In this document: positions 17,339 through 26,664 of the stretch, piece after piece
Position numbering within the stretch: the stretch's first letter is position 1
Layout: each line of letters begins with the position of its first letter
From: Nanobdellota archaeon
GTDB taxonomy: Archaea; Nanobdellota; Nanobdellia; Woesearchaeales; UBA10107
Reading direction: 5' to 3'
DNA length: 64,000 bases
NCBI GenBank assembly: GCA_042571125.1
Contig: JBHPFU010000001.1
Location: forward strand, 1,225-65,224
The notes under the pieces: model-generated
What the model saw: the letters and a program-made list of their open reading frames with translations, nothing else
Told to the model about the DNA's origin: nothing
The model's database searches: none
Program-made: the position numbers and the translations under genes

Positions 17339-18174
17339 TCAGTTTCACCTAAAGATTCATTATGCCACTTTAGAACTGATTCGAATTTAATCTTTTTACC
17401 GCCAAATTCATCAAGACCCTTTCCAGCTGTTGCATGCACCCTGTATTGGCCATCATATTCGATTTCATAGAAATGGTTTAATTTGCCTATCCCCCCACCA
17501 TAAACTATTTGTATAGGCTTTCCAACATCTTCAGATTTTTTTGCAAAATCTCCCAATATTTTAACTAGTTCTATTTCAGGTCCTTTACATTTTCCTTCTG
17601 CATCAGCACCATGAACTAATATTTCATCACAAGATTCTGCCAGTTTTCCAAGAGTTTCATCAGCAGTTCTTTCGCTAATTATATAATCAGTATCATTCTT
17701 CCAACCCTCTGTTGAAACAACATATCTTGCTTTTCCATCCTTATTTTCTATTCTTTTGCAGCTTAGATCTAGAACAAGATTCTCTTTACTTGCAGCCTTA
17801 ACCATTTCATCCAATCTCTTAAAATCAATTGTACCATTTCTGAAAACATAAGATGTCACAATCACATGAGATGCCCCATAGCCAAGCCATTCTTGAGCAT
17901 TTTGAGGATTCATACCGCCGCCAACCTGCAATCCGCCAGGATAAACTCCCAGCGCAGACTTTGCTGCTTTTTCATTCGCTTTTCGGTCTTTACAACGTAG
18001 CATAATAACGTGACCGCCAGGAAGATTGTGCTTTTTGTACAATTCTGCGAAATAAGTAGCGGGCTTTCCAGTTGCAGGATTTTTAGACATCTTGCTAGGG
18101 TCATCAGATAAAGTGCTGCCTACTATTTGAACTACTTCTCCATCATATAGGTCAATACAAGGTCTAAATGCCAT
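17335..18174 (-). CDS. HisA-family (beta/alpha)8 isomerase of the eukaryotic HIS6 type
   Basis: RPCIDLYDGEVVQIVGSTL, LQVGGGMN, HVIVTSYVF, LVLDLSCKR, LVHGADAEGKCKG, IVYGGGIG. Confidence 0.7.
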   Translation of the reverse strand: MAFRPCIDLYDGEVVQIVGSTLSDDPSKMSKNPATGKPATYFAELYKKHNLPGGHVIMLRCKDRKANEKAAKSALGVYPGGLQVGGGMNPQNAQEWLGYGASHVIVTSYVFRNGTIDFKRLDEMVKAASKENLVLDLSCKRIENKDGKARYVVSTEGWKNDTDYIISERTADETLGKLAESCDEILVHGADAEGKCKGPEIELVKILGDFAKKSEDVGKPIQIVYGGGIGKLNHFYEIEYDGQYRVHATAGKGLDEFGGKKIKFESVLKWHNESLGETD

Positions 18175-18281
18175 CCCGTTCTGAGAAACTATAACTCCTT
18201 TAAATTGCTTTTGTTTTTACATATAGTGAATAATTAATTAAATCCGCAACCTTTTTAAAGCAGAATGCATGCTTAATTTCC

Positions 18282-18917
18282 ATGGGGATATTCAGCAAAA
18301 AAAAGCCTAAAAAAGTAAAGAAAAGCACACCTAAAAAGATAGAACAATTAGAAGAAGGTAGAATTCTTTGCAGGACTATAATAGAAATGCTTGGTAAGCC
18401 GAAAGAATACATAGTAGACACATTAAAAAGTTATGTCGATAAGATAAAACAAAATAAAGATATTGAAATTGTAAACGAAGAAATGTCAGAAGCAGTAGAA
18501 CAGGAAGGACTTTTCAGTGTTTTTGTTGAGATTGAAGCATGGTTTAAAAATTCAGTAACAGTTATGGATTTCTGTTTTGATTACATGCCTTCATCCATAG
18601 AAATTATTGATCCTGAAAAATTAACATACACCTCAAACCAGATAACTAACCTTTTCAATGATCTTCAGGCAAGACTGCATACTGTAGATATGATGCTTAA
18701 AAATACTGTCCAAGAAAATAAAATACTAAGAAAAAATGCAGGAGCATTGTTAAGAAATAATATCCTTATGTCATTAAAGGAAAAATCTAAAAAGATTGAA
18801 GAAATATCCAAGAAAGTAGGAATTCCAAAGGAGCAGTTAAAGGCATTCCTGGACAAAACAATAAAGGAAGGCCACATAAAAGAAACTAAAGGAACATATA
18901 GTATTGTAAAAAAATGA
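18282..18917 (+). CDS. hypothetical protein with C-terminal wHTH-like segment, translationally coupled to scpB
   Basis: Lys-rich N-terminus. C-terminal IEEISKKVGIPKEQLKAFLDKTIKEGHIKETKGTYSI. ATGA overlap with ScpB. Confidence 0.55.
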   Translation: MGIFSKKKPKKVKKSTPKKIEQLEEGRILCRTIIEMLGKPKEYIVDTLKSYVDKIKQNKDIEIVNEEMSEAVEQEGLFSVFVEIEAWFKNSVTVMDFCFDYMPSSIEIIDPEKLTYTSNQITNLFNDLQARLHTVDMMLKNTVQENKILRKNAGALLRNNILMSLKEKSKKIEEISKKVGIPKEQLKAFLDKTIKEGHIKETKGTYSIVKK

Positions 18918-19639
18918 CAGACATAATGAAGAAAGTAGAAGCGGTTGTATTTGCCGCAGGAAGAAAAGTTTCTCTAGAAGAAATTTCAAGATTATGCAAA
19001 GCCTCTGAAGAAGAAGTTAAGCAAGCATTAGTTGAATTGAAAAAAGATTATGAGGAAAGGAAATCGCCTTTATTATTGATTGAAGAAGGAGATGGATGGA
19101 AATTAACAGTGGGAGAAAAACACCTTCCGATTGTACAAGAAATTGTTCCGCATACAGAAATAACAAAACAAGTTCTAGAAACTTTAGCTGTTGTTGCATG
19201 GAAACAACCAATCTTACAGGCAGAAGTTGTAAACATAAGAACAAATAAAGCATACGAACATATTTCAGAGCTTGAAGATCTTGGATTTATCAATAAGATT
19301 AAGCATGGAAGAAGTTACCTGATAAAACCAACAGGAAAATTCTTTGATTATTTTGACTTACCAAAAGAGCAGCTTCAAGAAATCTTTAAAGATGTTAAAG
19401 ATGATGAGGAAGCTCAACAAAAATTAAGTAATTTAGAGGGGGGTGAAAAACCAATGGAAGAATCAACGATTATGGATGAGTCTGGCGAAAGTGCATTCTC
19501 TGATGAAGGAGAGCAACAAGAAGAACAACCAGCAGAAGAACCTGCGCCAGAACAACCGGCAGAAGAACCTTCTGAAGAAGCTCAGCAAGAAGAAGAGACA
19601 GAAAACGAAGAGGAAGAAGAATTCAAACCGAGTTTATAA
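18914..19639 (+). CDS. scpB: segregation and condensation protein B (ScpB) with acidic tail
   Basis: VEAVVFAAGRKVSLEEISRL...LETLAVVAWKQPILQAEVVNIR...LEDLGFI is typical of ScpB tandem wHTH. Confidence 0.8.
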   Translation: MTDIMKKVEAVVFAAGRKVSLEEISRLCKASEEEVKQALVELKKDYEERKSPLLLIEEGDGWKLTVGEKHLPIVQEIVPHTEITKQVLETLAVVAWKQPILQAEVVNIRTNKAYEHISELEDLGFINKIKHGRSYLIKPTGKFFDYFDLPKEQLQEIFKDVKDDEEAQQKLSNLEGGEKPMEESTIMDESGESAFSDEGEQQEEQPAEEPAPEQPAEEPSEEAQQEEETENEEEEEFKPSL

Positions 19640-19702
19640 CTTCTAGACCACAGGACAAGTCCTGGAAGAATCTTTTTAAATTAGTAAATTCTTAATTTTA
19701 TT

Positions 19703-19852
19703 ATGATTTTTCAATTAAGATGCCCTGCTTGTAAGCAAAAAATGAAGTACGGAACAGACACTAGAATTCTAACAAAAAAGAGAAAAAGATGTGTTTATTG
19801 TGGAAGAAGTTTTTCTGTAAGAAATAATTTGATTAAAGAAATAAAAGATTGA
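19703..19852 (+). CDS. 49-aa zinc-ribbon micro-protein
   Basis: Own translation MIFQLRCPACKQKMKYGTDTRILTKKRKRCVYCGRSFSVRNNLIKEIKD. Confidence 0.4.
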   Translation: MIFQLRCPACKQKMKYGTDTRILTKKRKRCVYCGRSFSVRNNLIKEIKD

Positions 19853-19860
19853 TTATGCGC

Positions 19861-20634
19861 CTATTTTGTTCTTTTTTGCAATGTAGAATAACTTGAAACT
19901 CTACGAAATCCTTTCATTCTACTTATGATATCACCTTCATCAAATAATTTACCTTGACTAGCAAGAGCCCCCCTAATTCCTTCTCCAATAAGGTCCCATA
20001 AACCGTAAATTCTTAGACCTCGTGCAACAGGAGCATAACAAGAAAATCTTGGCTTTTCAGTTGCAAGTAATTGAGGAAGATAACCCATTTCTGATTTTTT
20101 AAGCAATTGAGCATATTCTGCTACATGTTCTCGAAATAAAAACAAAGCAACAGGATTCTTATCAAAATTTCTTATATTTATTCTTTTATTAACTTCTTTT
20201 TTTGGAACAAAAAGAGCACCGCTCTTAATTGCCTTTTTCGGATCTTTTTCGGATCGTCGCAAAAGTTCTTTTGCATCTTCACTCGGTATTTCATATTCTT
20301 TTTCAGATCTATTAGCATCTGTAGCTTTTTTCGGATTTTTTAAGATTGGATTCAAAGCTCTAGACGCAATAATTACATATCCATCAGGAAAATAATTATA
20401 GTTTTCAGCGACATATGATTCATCTCTTATGAAAAATTTCCACCTTTCGAGTTGTTTATCTTCACTTTTTAATTTGGGTGTTGAATCAAATGCAATTCTC
20501 ATTTGTGCAAGTTGAGCAGCATCAACCAATTCAAAACGGCGCCTTCTTAATTCAGAATAAGCTTTATCAAAATCTCCATCTGCACTACAAATTTCAATAT
20601 CATCTATTGTTCTTAGTGGATACGATTCACTCAT
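19861..20634 (-). CDS. hypothetical protein (257 aa)
   Basis: Long ORF with GGGGGT SD upstream. No motif recognised. Confidence 0.55.
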   Translation of the reverse strand: MSESYPLRTIDDIEICSADGDFDKAYSELRRRRFELVDAAQLAQMRIAFDSTPKLKSEDKQLERWKFFIRDESYVAENYNYFPDGYVIIASRALNPILKNPKKATDANRSEKEYEIPSEDAKELLRRSEKDPKKAIKSGALFVPKKEVNKRINIRNFDKNPVALFLFREHVAEYAQLLKKSEMGYLPQLLATEKPRFSCYAPVARGLRIYGLWDLIGEGIRGALASQGKLFDEGDIISRMKGFRRVSSYSTLQKRTK

Positions 20635-20831
20635 TTTACCCCCATTCAGATTAACACAATTAACAAATATATAAACCTTTCTTTTGTTTTAACTTTGAAG
20701 TAGCTAAATATATAGAAAATCACCCAAAATCAAACCGCTGAAACCCTTAAATTAAAGCAATACAAGCCCTGTACCCCCCTTCTAAAAACCAAAGATTTAT
20801 AAAGAAAAAAACATCCCAAATAACATCCAAA

Positions 20832-23264
20832 ATGGACGAAATAGAGCCAAAATCAAGCGAGAAAATAGTGTCCAGAGTCATCGAGGACGAGATGCAAGAA
20901 TCCTACTTAGGATACGCTATGAGCGTCATAGTAGGTCGTGCATTACCTGATGTTCGAGATGGTCTAAAACCAGTTCATAGAAGAATTCTTTATGCTTTAT
21001 ACGACATGGGCATGCTCCATAACAAACCCTTCAAAAAATCAGCAAGGATTGTAGGAGAGGTTCTTGGTAAATATCACCCGCATGGCGATACCGCAGTCTA
21101 TGATTCTTTAGTTAGAATGGCTCAAAGTTTTTCATTAAGATATCCTTTAGTTCAAGGACAAGGAAATTTTGGTTCTGTTGACGGCGACAATGCAGCAGCA
21201 ATGAGATATACAGAAGCAAAACTAGCAAAAATTGCAGAAGAATTACTTGAAGATATCAAAAAAGAGACTGTTGATTTTGTTCCAAACTTTGACGGTTCAT
21301 TAAAAGAGCCAGCAGTTCTGCCTGCAAAACTTCCAAACCTATTAATTAACGGAACCTCTGGAATTGCAGTTGGGATGGCAACAAACATTCCGCCTCACAA
21401 CATAATAGAAGTTATTGATGCTGCAACCGCTTTAATCGATAATCCTGAGTTATCTATTCCAGATTTAATGAATTATGTAAAAGGTCCGGATTTTCCTACG
21501 GGTGCAACGATTCTTGGCAGAGCCGGAATAAAAGCAGCGTACCATACTGGGAGAGGAATAGTAAAAGTAAGAGCAAAGACAGATATCGAAGAAGTAAAAG
21601 GAAAAACAAGAATAATTGTAACAGAAATTCCTTATATGGTCAACAAATCAATGTTGATCGAAGAGATCGCAAATCTTATAAGAAGCAAAAAAGTGCAGGG
21701 AATATCAGATCTAAGAGACGAATCAGACCGAGACGGAATGAGAATCTTGATTGAACTAAGAAAAGATGCGAATTCTAATGTTGTTCTAAACCAATTATTT
21801 AAACATACAAGATTAGAAACATCCTTTGGAATGAACATGCTTGCGCTAGTCAACAATGAGCCTAAAGTTCTAAACCTAAGACAAATTTTACAGTACTACA
21901 TAGACCACAGAAAAGAAGTCGTCACAAAAAGAACACAATTTGATCTGAAAGAAACAGAAGCAAGACTACATATTCTTGTGGGGTTAATAACCGCTTTAAA
22001 TAATATAGATCTTATTGTCAAAGGGATAAAAGAATCAAAAACAGTTCAAGATGCATCAAATTTCTTAATTCAAAATTATAAATTAACAGAGATACAGGCA
22101 AAAGCAATCTTGGAAATGAGACTTCAAAAGCTATCTTCATTAGAGCAAGACAAGATCAAGCAAGAAAATCAAGAATTAACAAAGTTTGCAGAAGAATTGA
22201 GAGAGATTTTAGCTAATGAAAGCAAAATATTCGGCATAATCAAGAAAGAATTGGCAGAATTAAAAGAAAAATATGGGGATGAAAGAAAAACAAACTTTGA
22301 GGATCATGACGGAGACATAGAAATAGAGGACCTAATTGAACAAGAAGATGTTGTTGTTACAATGTCTCATGCAGGTTATGTAAAAAGGTTGGCAGTTGAC
22401 ACATACAAGGCTCAGAAAAGAGGAGGCAAAGGAATAATTGGTGCAGAAACAAGAGAAGAAGATTTTATAGAACATCTGTTTGTTGCCAATACTCATTCAT
22501 ACATATTATTCTTTACAAACAAAGGAAAAGTATACTGGCTGAAAGTCCATAATATCCCTGAAGCAGGACGTCAGGCAAAAGGGAAAGCAATTGTTAATCT
22601 ATTGCAGCTAGCACAAGATGAAAAGATAAATGCATTTATTCCTGTAAAAGAATTTGATGATCAACATTTCTTAGTTCTTGCAACAAAAAATGGAACAATA
22701 AAGAAAACAAACCTTTCGCAATACTCTAGGCCAAGACAAGGGGGGATAATTGGAATAATCCTGGATGGGGAAGATGAATTGATTGGAGCTCAATTGACTG
22801 ACGGAAATCAAAACATAATGTTAGCAACAAGCAACGGAATGGCTATTAAATTTGATGAAAAAGACGCAAGACCTATTGGAAGAACCTCAAAAGGTGTTCG
22901 CGGAATCGCCTTAAAGAATAATGACGAAGTAGTTTCAATGATTCTCTGCGAACCAAACACAACAATAATGACCATAACAAAGAATGGATTTGGGAAAAGA
23001 ACAAAAGAAGAAGATTATAGAGTTATTGGCAGAGCAGGAGTTGGAGTTATTAATATCCAATGCTCGGAAAGAAACGGAGAAGTTGTTAATGTTCAATGCG
23101 TAAATGAAAACGATGAGATTATGTTTGTTTCTCAAAACGGAATAATAATAAGAATCGCAGCATCAGATATTTCTACAATAGGAAGAAATACTCAGGGAGT
23201 TAGGTTAATGAAACTAAAACCCGGAGATAGAGTAGTTGCTGCTGCTAAGGTTGTTAGCGAATGA
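20832..23264 (+). CDS. gyrA: DNA gyrase subunit A
   Basis: [45 protein letters not shown]-terminal beta-pinwheel repeats. Confidence 0.95.
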   Translation: MDEIEPKSSEKIVSRVIEDEMQESYLGYAMSVIVGRALPDVRDGLKPVHRRILYALYDMGMLHNKPFKKSARIVGEVLGKYHPHGDTAVYDSLVRMAQSFSLRYPLVQGQGNFGSVDGDNAAAMRYTEAKLAKIAEELLEDIKKETVDFVPNFDGSLKEPAVLPAKLPNLLINGTSGIAVGMATNIPPHNIIEVIDAATALIDNPELSIPDLMNYVKGPDFPTGATILGRAGIKAAYHTGRGIVKVRAKTDIEEVKGKTRIIVTEIPYMVNKSMLIEEIANLIRSKKVQGISDLRDESDRDGMRILIELRKDANSNVVLNQLFKHTRLETSFGMNMLALVNNEPKVLNLRQILQYYIDHRKEVVTKRTQFDLKETEARLHILVGLITALNNIDLIVKGIKESKTVQDASNFLIQNYKLTEIQAKAILEMRLQKLSSLEQDKIKQENQELTKFAEELREILANESKIFGIIKKELAELKEKYGDERKTNFEDHDGDIEIEDLIEQEDVVVTMSHAGYVKRLAVDTYKAQKRGGKGIIGAETREEDFIEHLFVANTHSYILFFTNKGKVYWLKVHNIPEAGRQAKGKAIVNLLQLAQDEKINAFIPVKEFDDQHFLVLATKNGTIKKTNLSQYSRPRQGGIIGIILDGEDELIGAQLTDGNQNIMLATSNGMAIKFDEKDARPIGRTSKGVRGIALKNNDEVVSMILCEPNTTIMTITKNGFGKRTKEEDYRVIGRAGVGVINIQCSERNGEVVNVQCVNENDEIMFVSQNGIIIRIAASDISTIGRNTQGVRLMKLKPGDRVVAAAKVVSE

Positions 23265-24334
23265 AAGGGATCGCAATAACACATAAAGGAATTGAAGATA
23301 TTTCTGCTCTAGAGATTAAAGAATTGATCAAAAAAGAATCAAAAACAGAGGAAAGTGTTGTAAAATTTGATGCAACTAAGGAAGAATTAGCAAAATTATG
23401 CTACAGATCTCAGTCAGTTATAAAAATTCTCGAATTAATCACGGAATTTGACATCGGAACATTAGATGACCTAAAACAATTAAAAAAAGTAGATATAAAA
23501 CACAAAGGAAGTTTTGTTGTTCGTTGTTTAAGAGTTGGAGAGCATGATTTTACTTCTTTAGATGTAGAAAAAGAAGCAGGAGAAATAATCTACGAAAAGA
23601 TAAAACAAAAAGTAGACCTAAAAAATCCAGACCTAACTTTATTAATATACATTTATAACAATAAAGCTTACTTAGGAATTGATTATTCCGGATTTGACCT
23701 AAGCAAAAGAGAATATAAGATTTTTTCAGGAGCAAGAGCATTGAAAGGAACAATCGCGTATTCTTTAGTAAGGATGTCAGGATACAAACCAACAGAAACG
23801 TTGCTCGATCCTTTTTCTATCTCAGGAGAGATTCCAATAGAAACCGCATTATTCGCAACAAAATTCTCAGCAAATTATTTTAGTAAAGAAAAGTTCGCAT
23901 TCAATAAATTCTTAAATTTTAAATTTGAAGAGCCAAAAAAATACAAAACAAAGGTTCTTTGTTTTGATTCGTTGCTAAAAAACATAAAAGCAGCACAAAA
24001 AAACGCCAAAATTGCAGGGATAGACAAAAACATTAAGTTCAGCAAAACAGACCTTGAATGGATAGATACAAAATTCAAGGAGGATTCAGTTGATAGGATA
24101 GTAACAAGGATTCCGGAATTAACAAAATACCAGAAACCAAATCAGATTGAAAAGCTATACAAGGAATTTTTCAATCAAGCTGAATTCATTTTAAAAAAGA
24201 AAGGAAAAATAGTGGCAATTGCCAAAAATCTTAATTTATTCAAGAAGTTCTCCGAAAATTTCAATATATTAGAAGAACGAACTATTTCTTTAGGAAAAGA
24301 GGAATTAAGCGCTATAACCCTTGAAAATAGCTAG
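23261..24334 (+). CDS. THUMP-domain methyltransferase-like protein with degenerate SAM and catalytic motifs
   Basis: THUMP-like N-terminus. [15 protein letters not shown] sits where DPxCGSGTxxIEA is expected. IVTRIPEL sits where (N/D)PPY is expected. Confidence 0.6.
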   Translation: MKGIAITHKGIEDISALEIKELIKKESKTEESVVKFDATKEELAKLCYRSQSVIKILELITEFDIGTLDDLKQLKKVDIKHKGSFVVRCLRVGEHDFTSLDVEKEAGEIIYEKIKQKVDLKNPDLTLLIYIYNNKAYLGIDYSGFDLSKREYKIFSGARALKGTIAYSLVRMSGYKPTETLLDPFSISGEIPIETALFATKFSANYFSKEKFAFNKFLNFKFEEPKKYKTKVLCFDSLLKNIKAAQKNAKIAGIDKNIKFSKTDLEWIDTKFKEDSVDRIVTRIPELTKYQKPNQIEKLYKEFFNQAEFILKKKGKIVAIAKNLNLFKKFSENFNILEERTISLGKEELSAITLENS

Positions 24335-24410
24335 TTTATAAAGGAAAAGGGAAACCTTTTTAAATAACCTGCTCCGAAATTTATATATCAAATTAGCGAG
24401 GTAAACTAAA

Positions 24411-24557
24411 ATGGAAGGAGAAGATATGCCTGCTCCGGCAGAGGAGCCACAAGAAGAACAACCTACTGAAGAACCTACTGAAGAACCTACTGAAGAACCT
24501 ACTGAAGAAAAACCAGCAGAAGAACCAGCAGAAGAACCAGCACAACCTTCAGAATAA
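24411..24557 (+). CDS. 48-aa acidic PTEE/PAEE-repeat micro-protein (hypothetical)
   Basis: Own translation MEGEDMPAPAEEPQEEQPTEEPTEEPTEEPTEEKPAEEPAEEPAQPSE. TATA-like tttatatat and gaggt lie upstream. Confidence 0.35.
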   Translation: MEGEDMPAPAEEPQEEQPTEEPTEEPTEEPTEEKPAEEPAEEPAQPSE

Positions 24558-24613
24558 GGAGAGTAAGTATATTTTATTTTTTTCTTTTTTTCTAATTCTT
24601 TTTTTTCAAAAGC

Positions 24614-24621
24614 TTTATATA
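24614..24621 (+). promoter_or_regulatory. TATA box for RNase P RNA
   Basis: tttatata lies about 22 nt upstream of the first P1 nucleotide. Confidence 0.5.
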
Positions 24622-24643
24622 GGGCTATATTCTCCAAATTCAA

Positions 24644-24958
24644 GTAGGAGGGGTACTTAGCTTCGGAAACGAGGAAAGTCCGCCCACCAGGCTTAACAGC
24701 TTATGGCCAGTGTCGGAAGGCACTTGGGGAAACCTGAGGCAACCGCTCAGAAACGAAGCCACCTGCGTTAAGGATGACGATCGCGAAGTGCTTGGTGACA
24801 AGTGCGAGTTAACCATCTGACGTTTCGCAAGGAAAGGATGAAACGGCGAGCCCTGGCTGGTGCAAGTCCTTGAGACGCTTAGTTAAATGCTAAGACAGAC
24901 CATCAAAAATCGGTTTTTATCGCTAGGGTCTGACAAAAGGCGGCTTATTCCCCCCTAC
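24644..24958 (+). ncRNA. rnpB: RNase P RNA (archaeal type)
   Basis: GC-rich island. CR-I GAGGAAAGTCCG, CR-V-like ACAAAAGGCGGCTTA. P1 pairing of GTAGGAGGGG with CCCCCCTAC. Confidence 0.85.
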
Positions 24959-24971
24959 ACTTTTTAAAAAA

Positions 24972-25148
24972 ATGGCTAAAGACAAAATAAACATGCCCCA
25001 ATCAATGGGAGGATTGATTCGTTATTTCGACGAATATAAATCAAGATTAGAAATTAAACCAGGACATGTAATACTTTTAGTTATTCTTGTTATTATATTT
25101 GAAATAATTCTTCATTTCTATGGATATGGTTTGCTGGGGTTGAAATAA
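24972..25148 (+). CDS. secG: preprotein translocase subunit Sec61beta (SecG, archaeal)
   Basis: Own translation MAKDKINMPQSMGGLIRYFDEYKSRLEIKPGHVILLVILVIIFEIILHFYGYGLLGLK. GLxRYFDE plus a single C-terminal TM. Confidence 0.75.
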   Translation: MAKDKINMPQSMGGLIRYFDEYKSRLEIKPGHVILLVILVIIFEIILHFYGYGLLGLK

Positions 25149-25487
25149 ATGTTTCCAGGCGTAAATCCAAGACAAATGCAGCAGATGATGAAAAAGATGG
25201 GTATGCAGCAGGAAGATATAGACGCCACCGAAGTCATAATCAAAACACCAGAAAAAGAAATTGTAATAGTTAATCCAAATGTTCAAAAAGTAAACATGAT
25301 GGGCCAGGAAACATACCAAGTTTCTGGAGAAGCGCATGAAAGAGAAACAGACACAACACCAGAAATTTCTGAAGATGATATTAAGACGGTAGCAGAACAG
25401 GCAGAAGTATCAGAAGAAAAAGCAAAAGAAGTTCTAGAAGAAACAAACGGCGATCTTGCAGAAGCAATTCTAAAGCTAAAAAGCTAA
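25149..25487 (+). CDS. nac: nascent polypeptide-associated complex protein (NAC) with UBA
   Basis: NPRQMQQMMKKMGM...EVIIKT...VNMMGQETYQVSG and C-terminal EEKAKEVLEETNGDLAEAILKL. Confidence 0.9.
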   Translation: MFPGVNPRQMQQMMKKMGMQQEDIDATEVIIKTPEKEIVIVNPNVQKVNMMGQETYQVSGEAHERETDTTPEISEDDIKTVAEQAEVSEEKAKEVLEETNGDLAEAILKLKS

Positions 25488-26161
25488 TTATCTAAGAAAT
25501 AATCTATTAAATTTGTTATAGTTTTACCTTTATACTTTCCTTTTTTGATTTTAGCGTCTTCGCAAAATTCATGATGCGTAAATTTAGGCAAATCTATGTT
25601 TTTCACATTTTCCCCAGATAAAACTGTGCCTCCGTGAATAGGATTCAAAATAATGGATGAGAGTTTAGCAAAAATATCATAAGAAGAATAAATGTTTACT
25701 ATCTTGGTTTTTAGATTTGTTTTTTTATGCTCATTTGTAGAACAGACCAAGATAATCTTTTTGATTGAGTCATCATCAAATTTATTTGCAGCTTCCTGGA
25801 TTATCTCCCCGCCTAAGCTTATCCCTACCAATTTAATGTTATATCTATTCTTGTATTGTTTTATTAAATTATTTAGTTTTTTAACTGCAAAAAAAATAGA
25901 GAGTTGTGTGATTCCTCTACTCCAATGAAGCCAAATAAGTTTTCTTCCTTTTTTATCAAGTTTTTTTGTCCATAATTTAGCATAATTATAGTAGATCAAT
26001 CTGAAAATATGCACAAGACTATAAAGATAAACAATAATACGTTTTATGGTCTTTTTTTTAGAACCTCTAAAATTAGAACCAGGTACAATGATTATCAAGT
26101 CTTTTTTCTTCATGTTTCCGATAATTCCTGCACCTTTAAATAATTTAGCATAACAAAACAT
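25484..26161 (-). CDS. alpha/beta-hydrolase-like protein
   Basis: GxSxG-type LVGISLGGEI. The true start may be the ATG at 26113 (MKKKDLIIIVPGS). Confidence 0.5.
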   Translation of the reverse strand: MFCYAKLFKGAGIIGNMKKKDLIIIVPGSNFRGSKKKTIKRIIVYLYSLVHIFRLIYYNYAKLWTKKLDKKGRKLIWLHWSRGITQLSIFFAVKKLNNLIKQYKNRYNIKLVGISLGGEIIQEAANKFDDDSIKKIILVCSTNEHKKTNLKTKIVNIYSSYDIFAKLSSIILNPIHGGTVLSGENVKNIDLPKFTHHEFCEDAKIKKGKYKGKTITNLIDYFLDN

Positions 26162-26190
26162 TTAAAAACCTGCAAAACATATAATAATGT

Positions 26191-26664
26191 ATGGAAAAAT
26201 TCTTTGAAGCAAGGCATAAAGCAAAGAAATATCTACGTACAGCAGACCACATCCTAACTATGACTTATCCTCTGGTTAATGACCCTAAACTGCTTTTGGC
26301 CGTGATGGATAACATTTTTCTGGCATTAACAAATTCTCTTTCTGCCATTCTTTATTTCGAGCGTTATCAACGATTAATCCCCCCTTTTCACGACAATTTT
26401 GAATCAAAATTTAATATCTTTAAATTAAAAGTAGCAGATAAATATAAATTAGATAGAGAATACCTGCAATGTATACAAGAAGTAAAAGAAATCATTGCAA
26501 ATCATAAGAAATCTCCTGTTGAATTTTCAAGAAAAGATGTTTTTGTTATTTGTTCAGATAAGTACCAGATGCAAACAGTATCAATAAATCAAGTTAAATC
26601 ATACATTTCAAGAACAAAGAATTTTATTCAAGAGGTGGAAGGGATAACCTGTAAATATGAGTGA
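26191..26664 (+). CDS. all-helical hypothetical protein, tandem paralog A
   Basis: LRTADHILTMTYPLVNDPKLLLAVMDNIFLAL resembles the N-terminus of the next gene. Confidence 0.5.
   Translation: MEKFFEARHKAKKYLRTADHILTMTYPLVNDPKLLLAVMDNIFLALTNSLSAILYFERYQRLIPPFHDNFESKFNIFKLKVADKYKLDREYLQCIQEVKEIIANHKKSPVEFSRKDVFVICSDKYQMQTVSINQVKSYISRTKNFIQEVEGITCKYE

Noticed and set aside
24462-24536. Short tandem repeats (12-bp units here, 9-bp units at 16062-16112) considered as a possible CRISPR or mini-satellite array.
   Set aside because: The units are contiguous with no spacers and in frame with ORFs. They are coding low-complexity repeats. No CRISPR-like repeat-spacer structure exists anywhere in the window.
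24305-24643. 112-aa minus-strand ORF with SSAGSSAG/SSVGSSVG repeats.
   Set aside because: It is the reverse frame of the PTEE/PAEE repeat. It overlaps the THUMP gene 3' end and runs into the RNase P promoter. It is kept only as an alternative in the findings.
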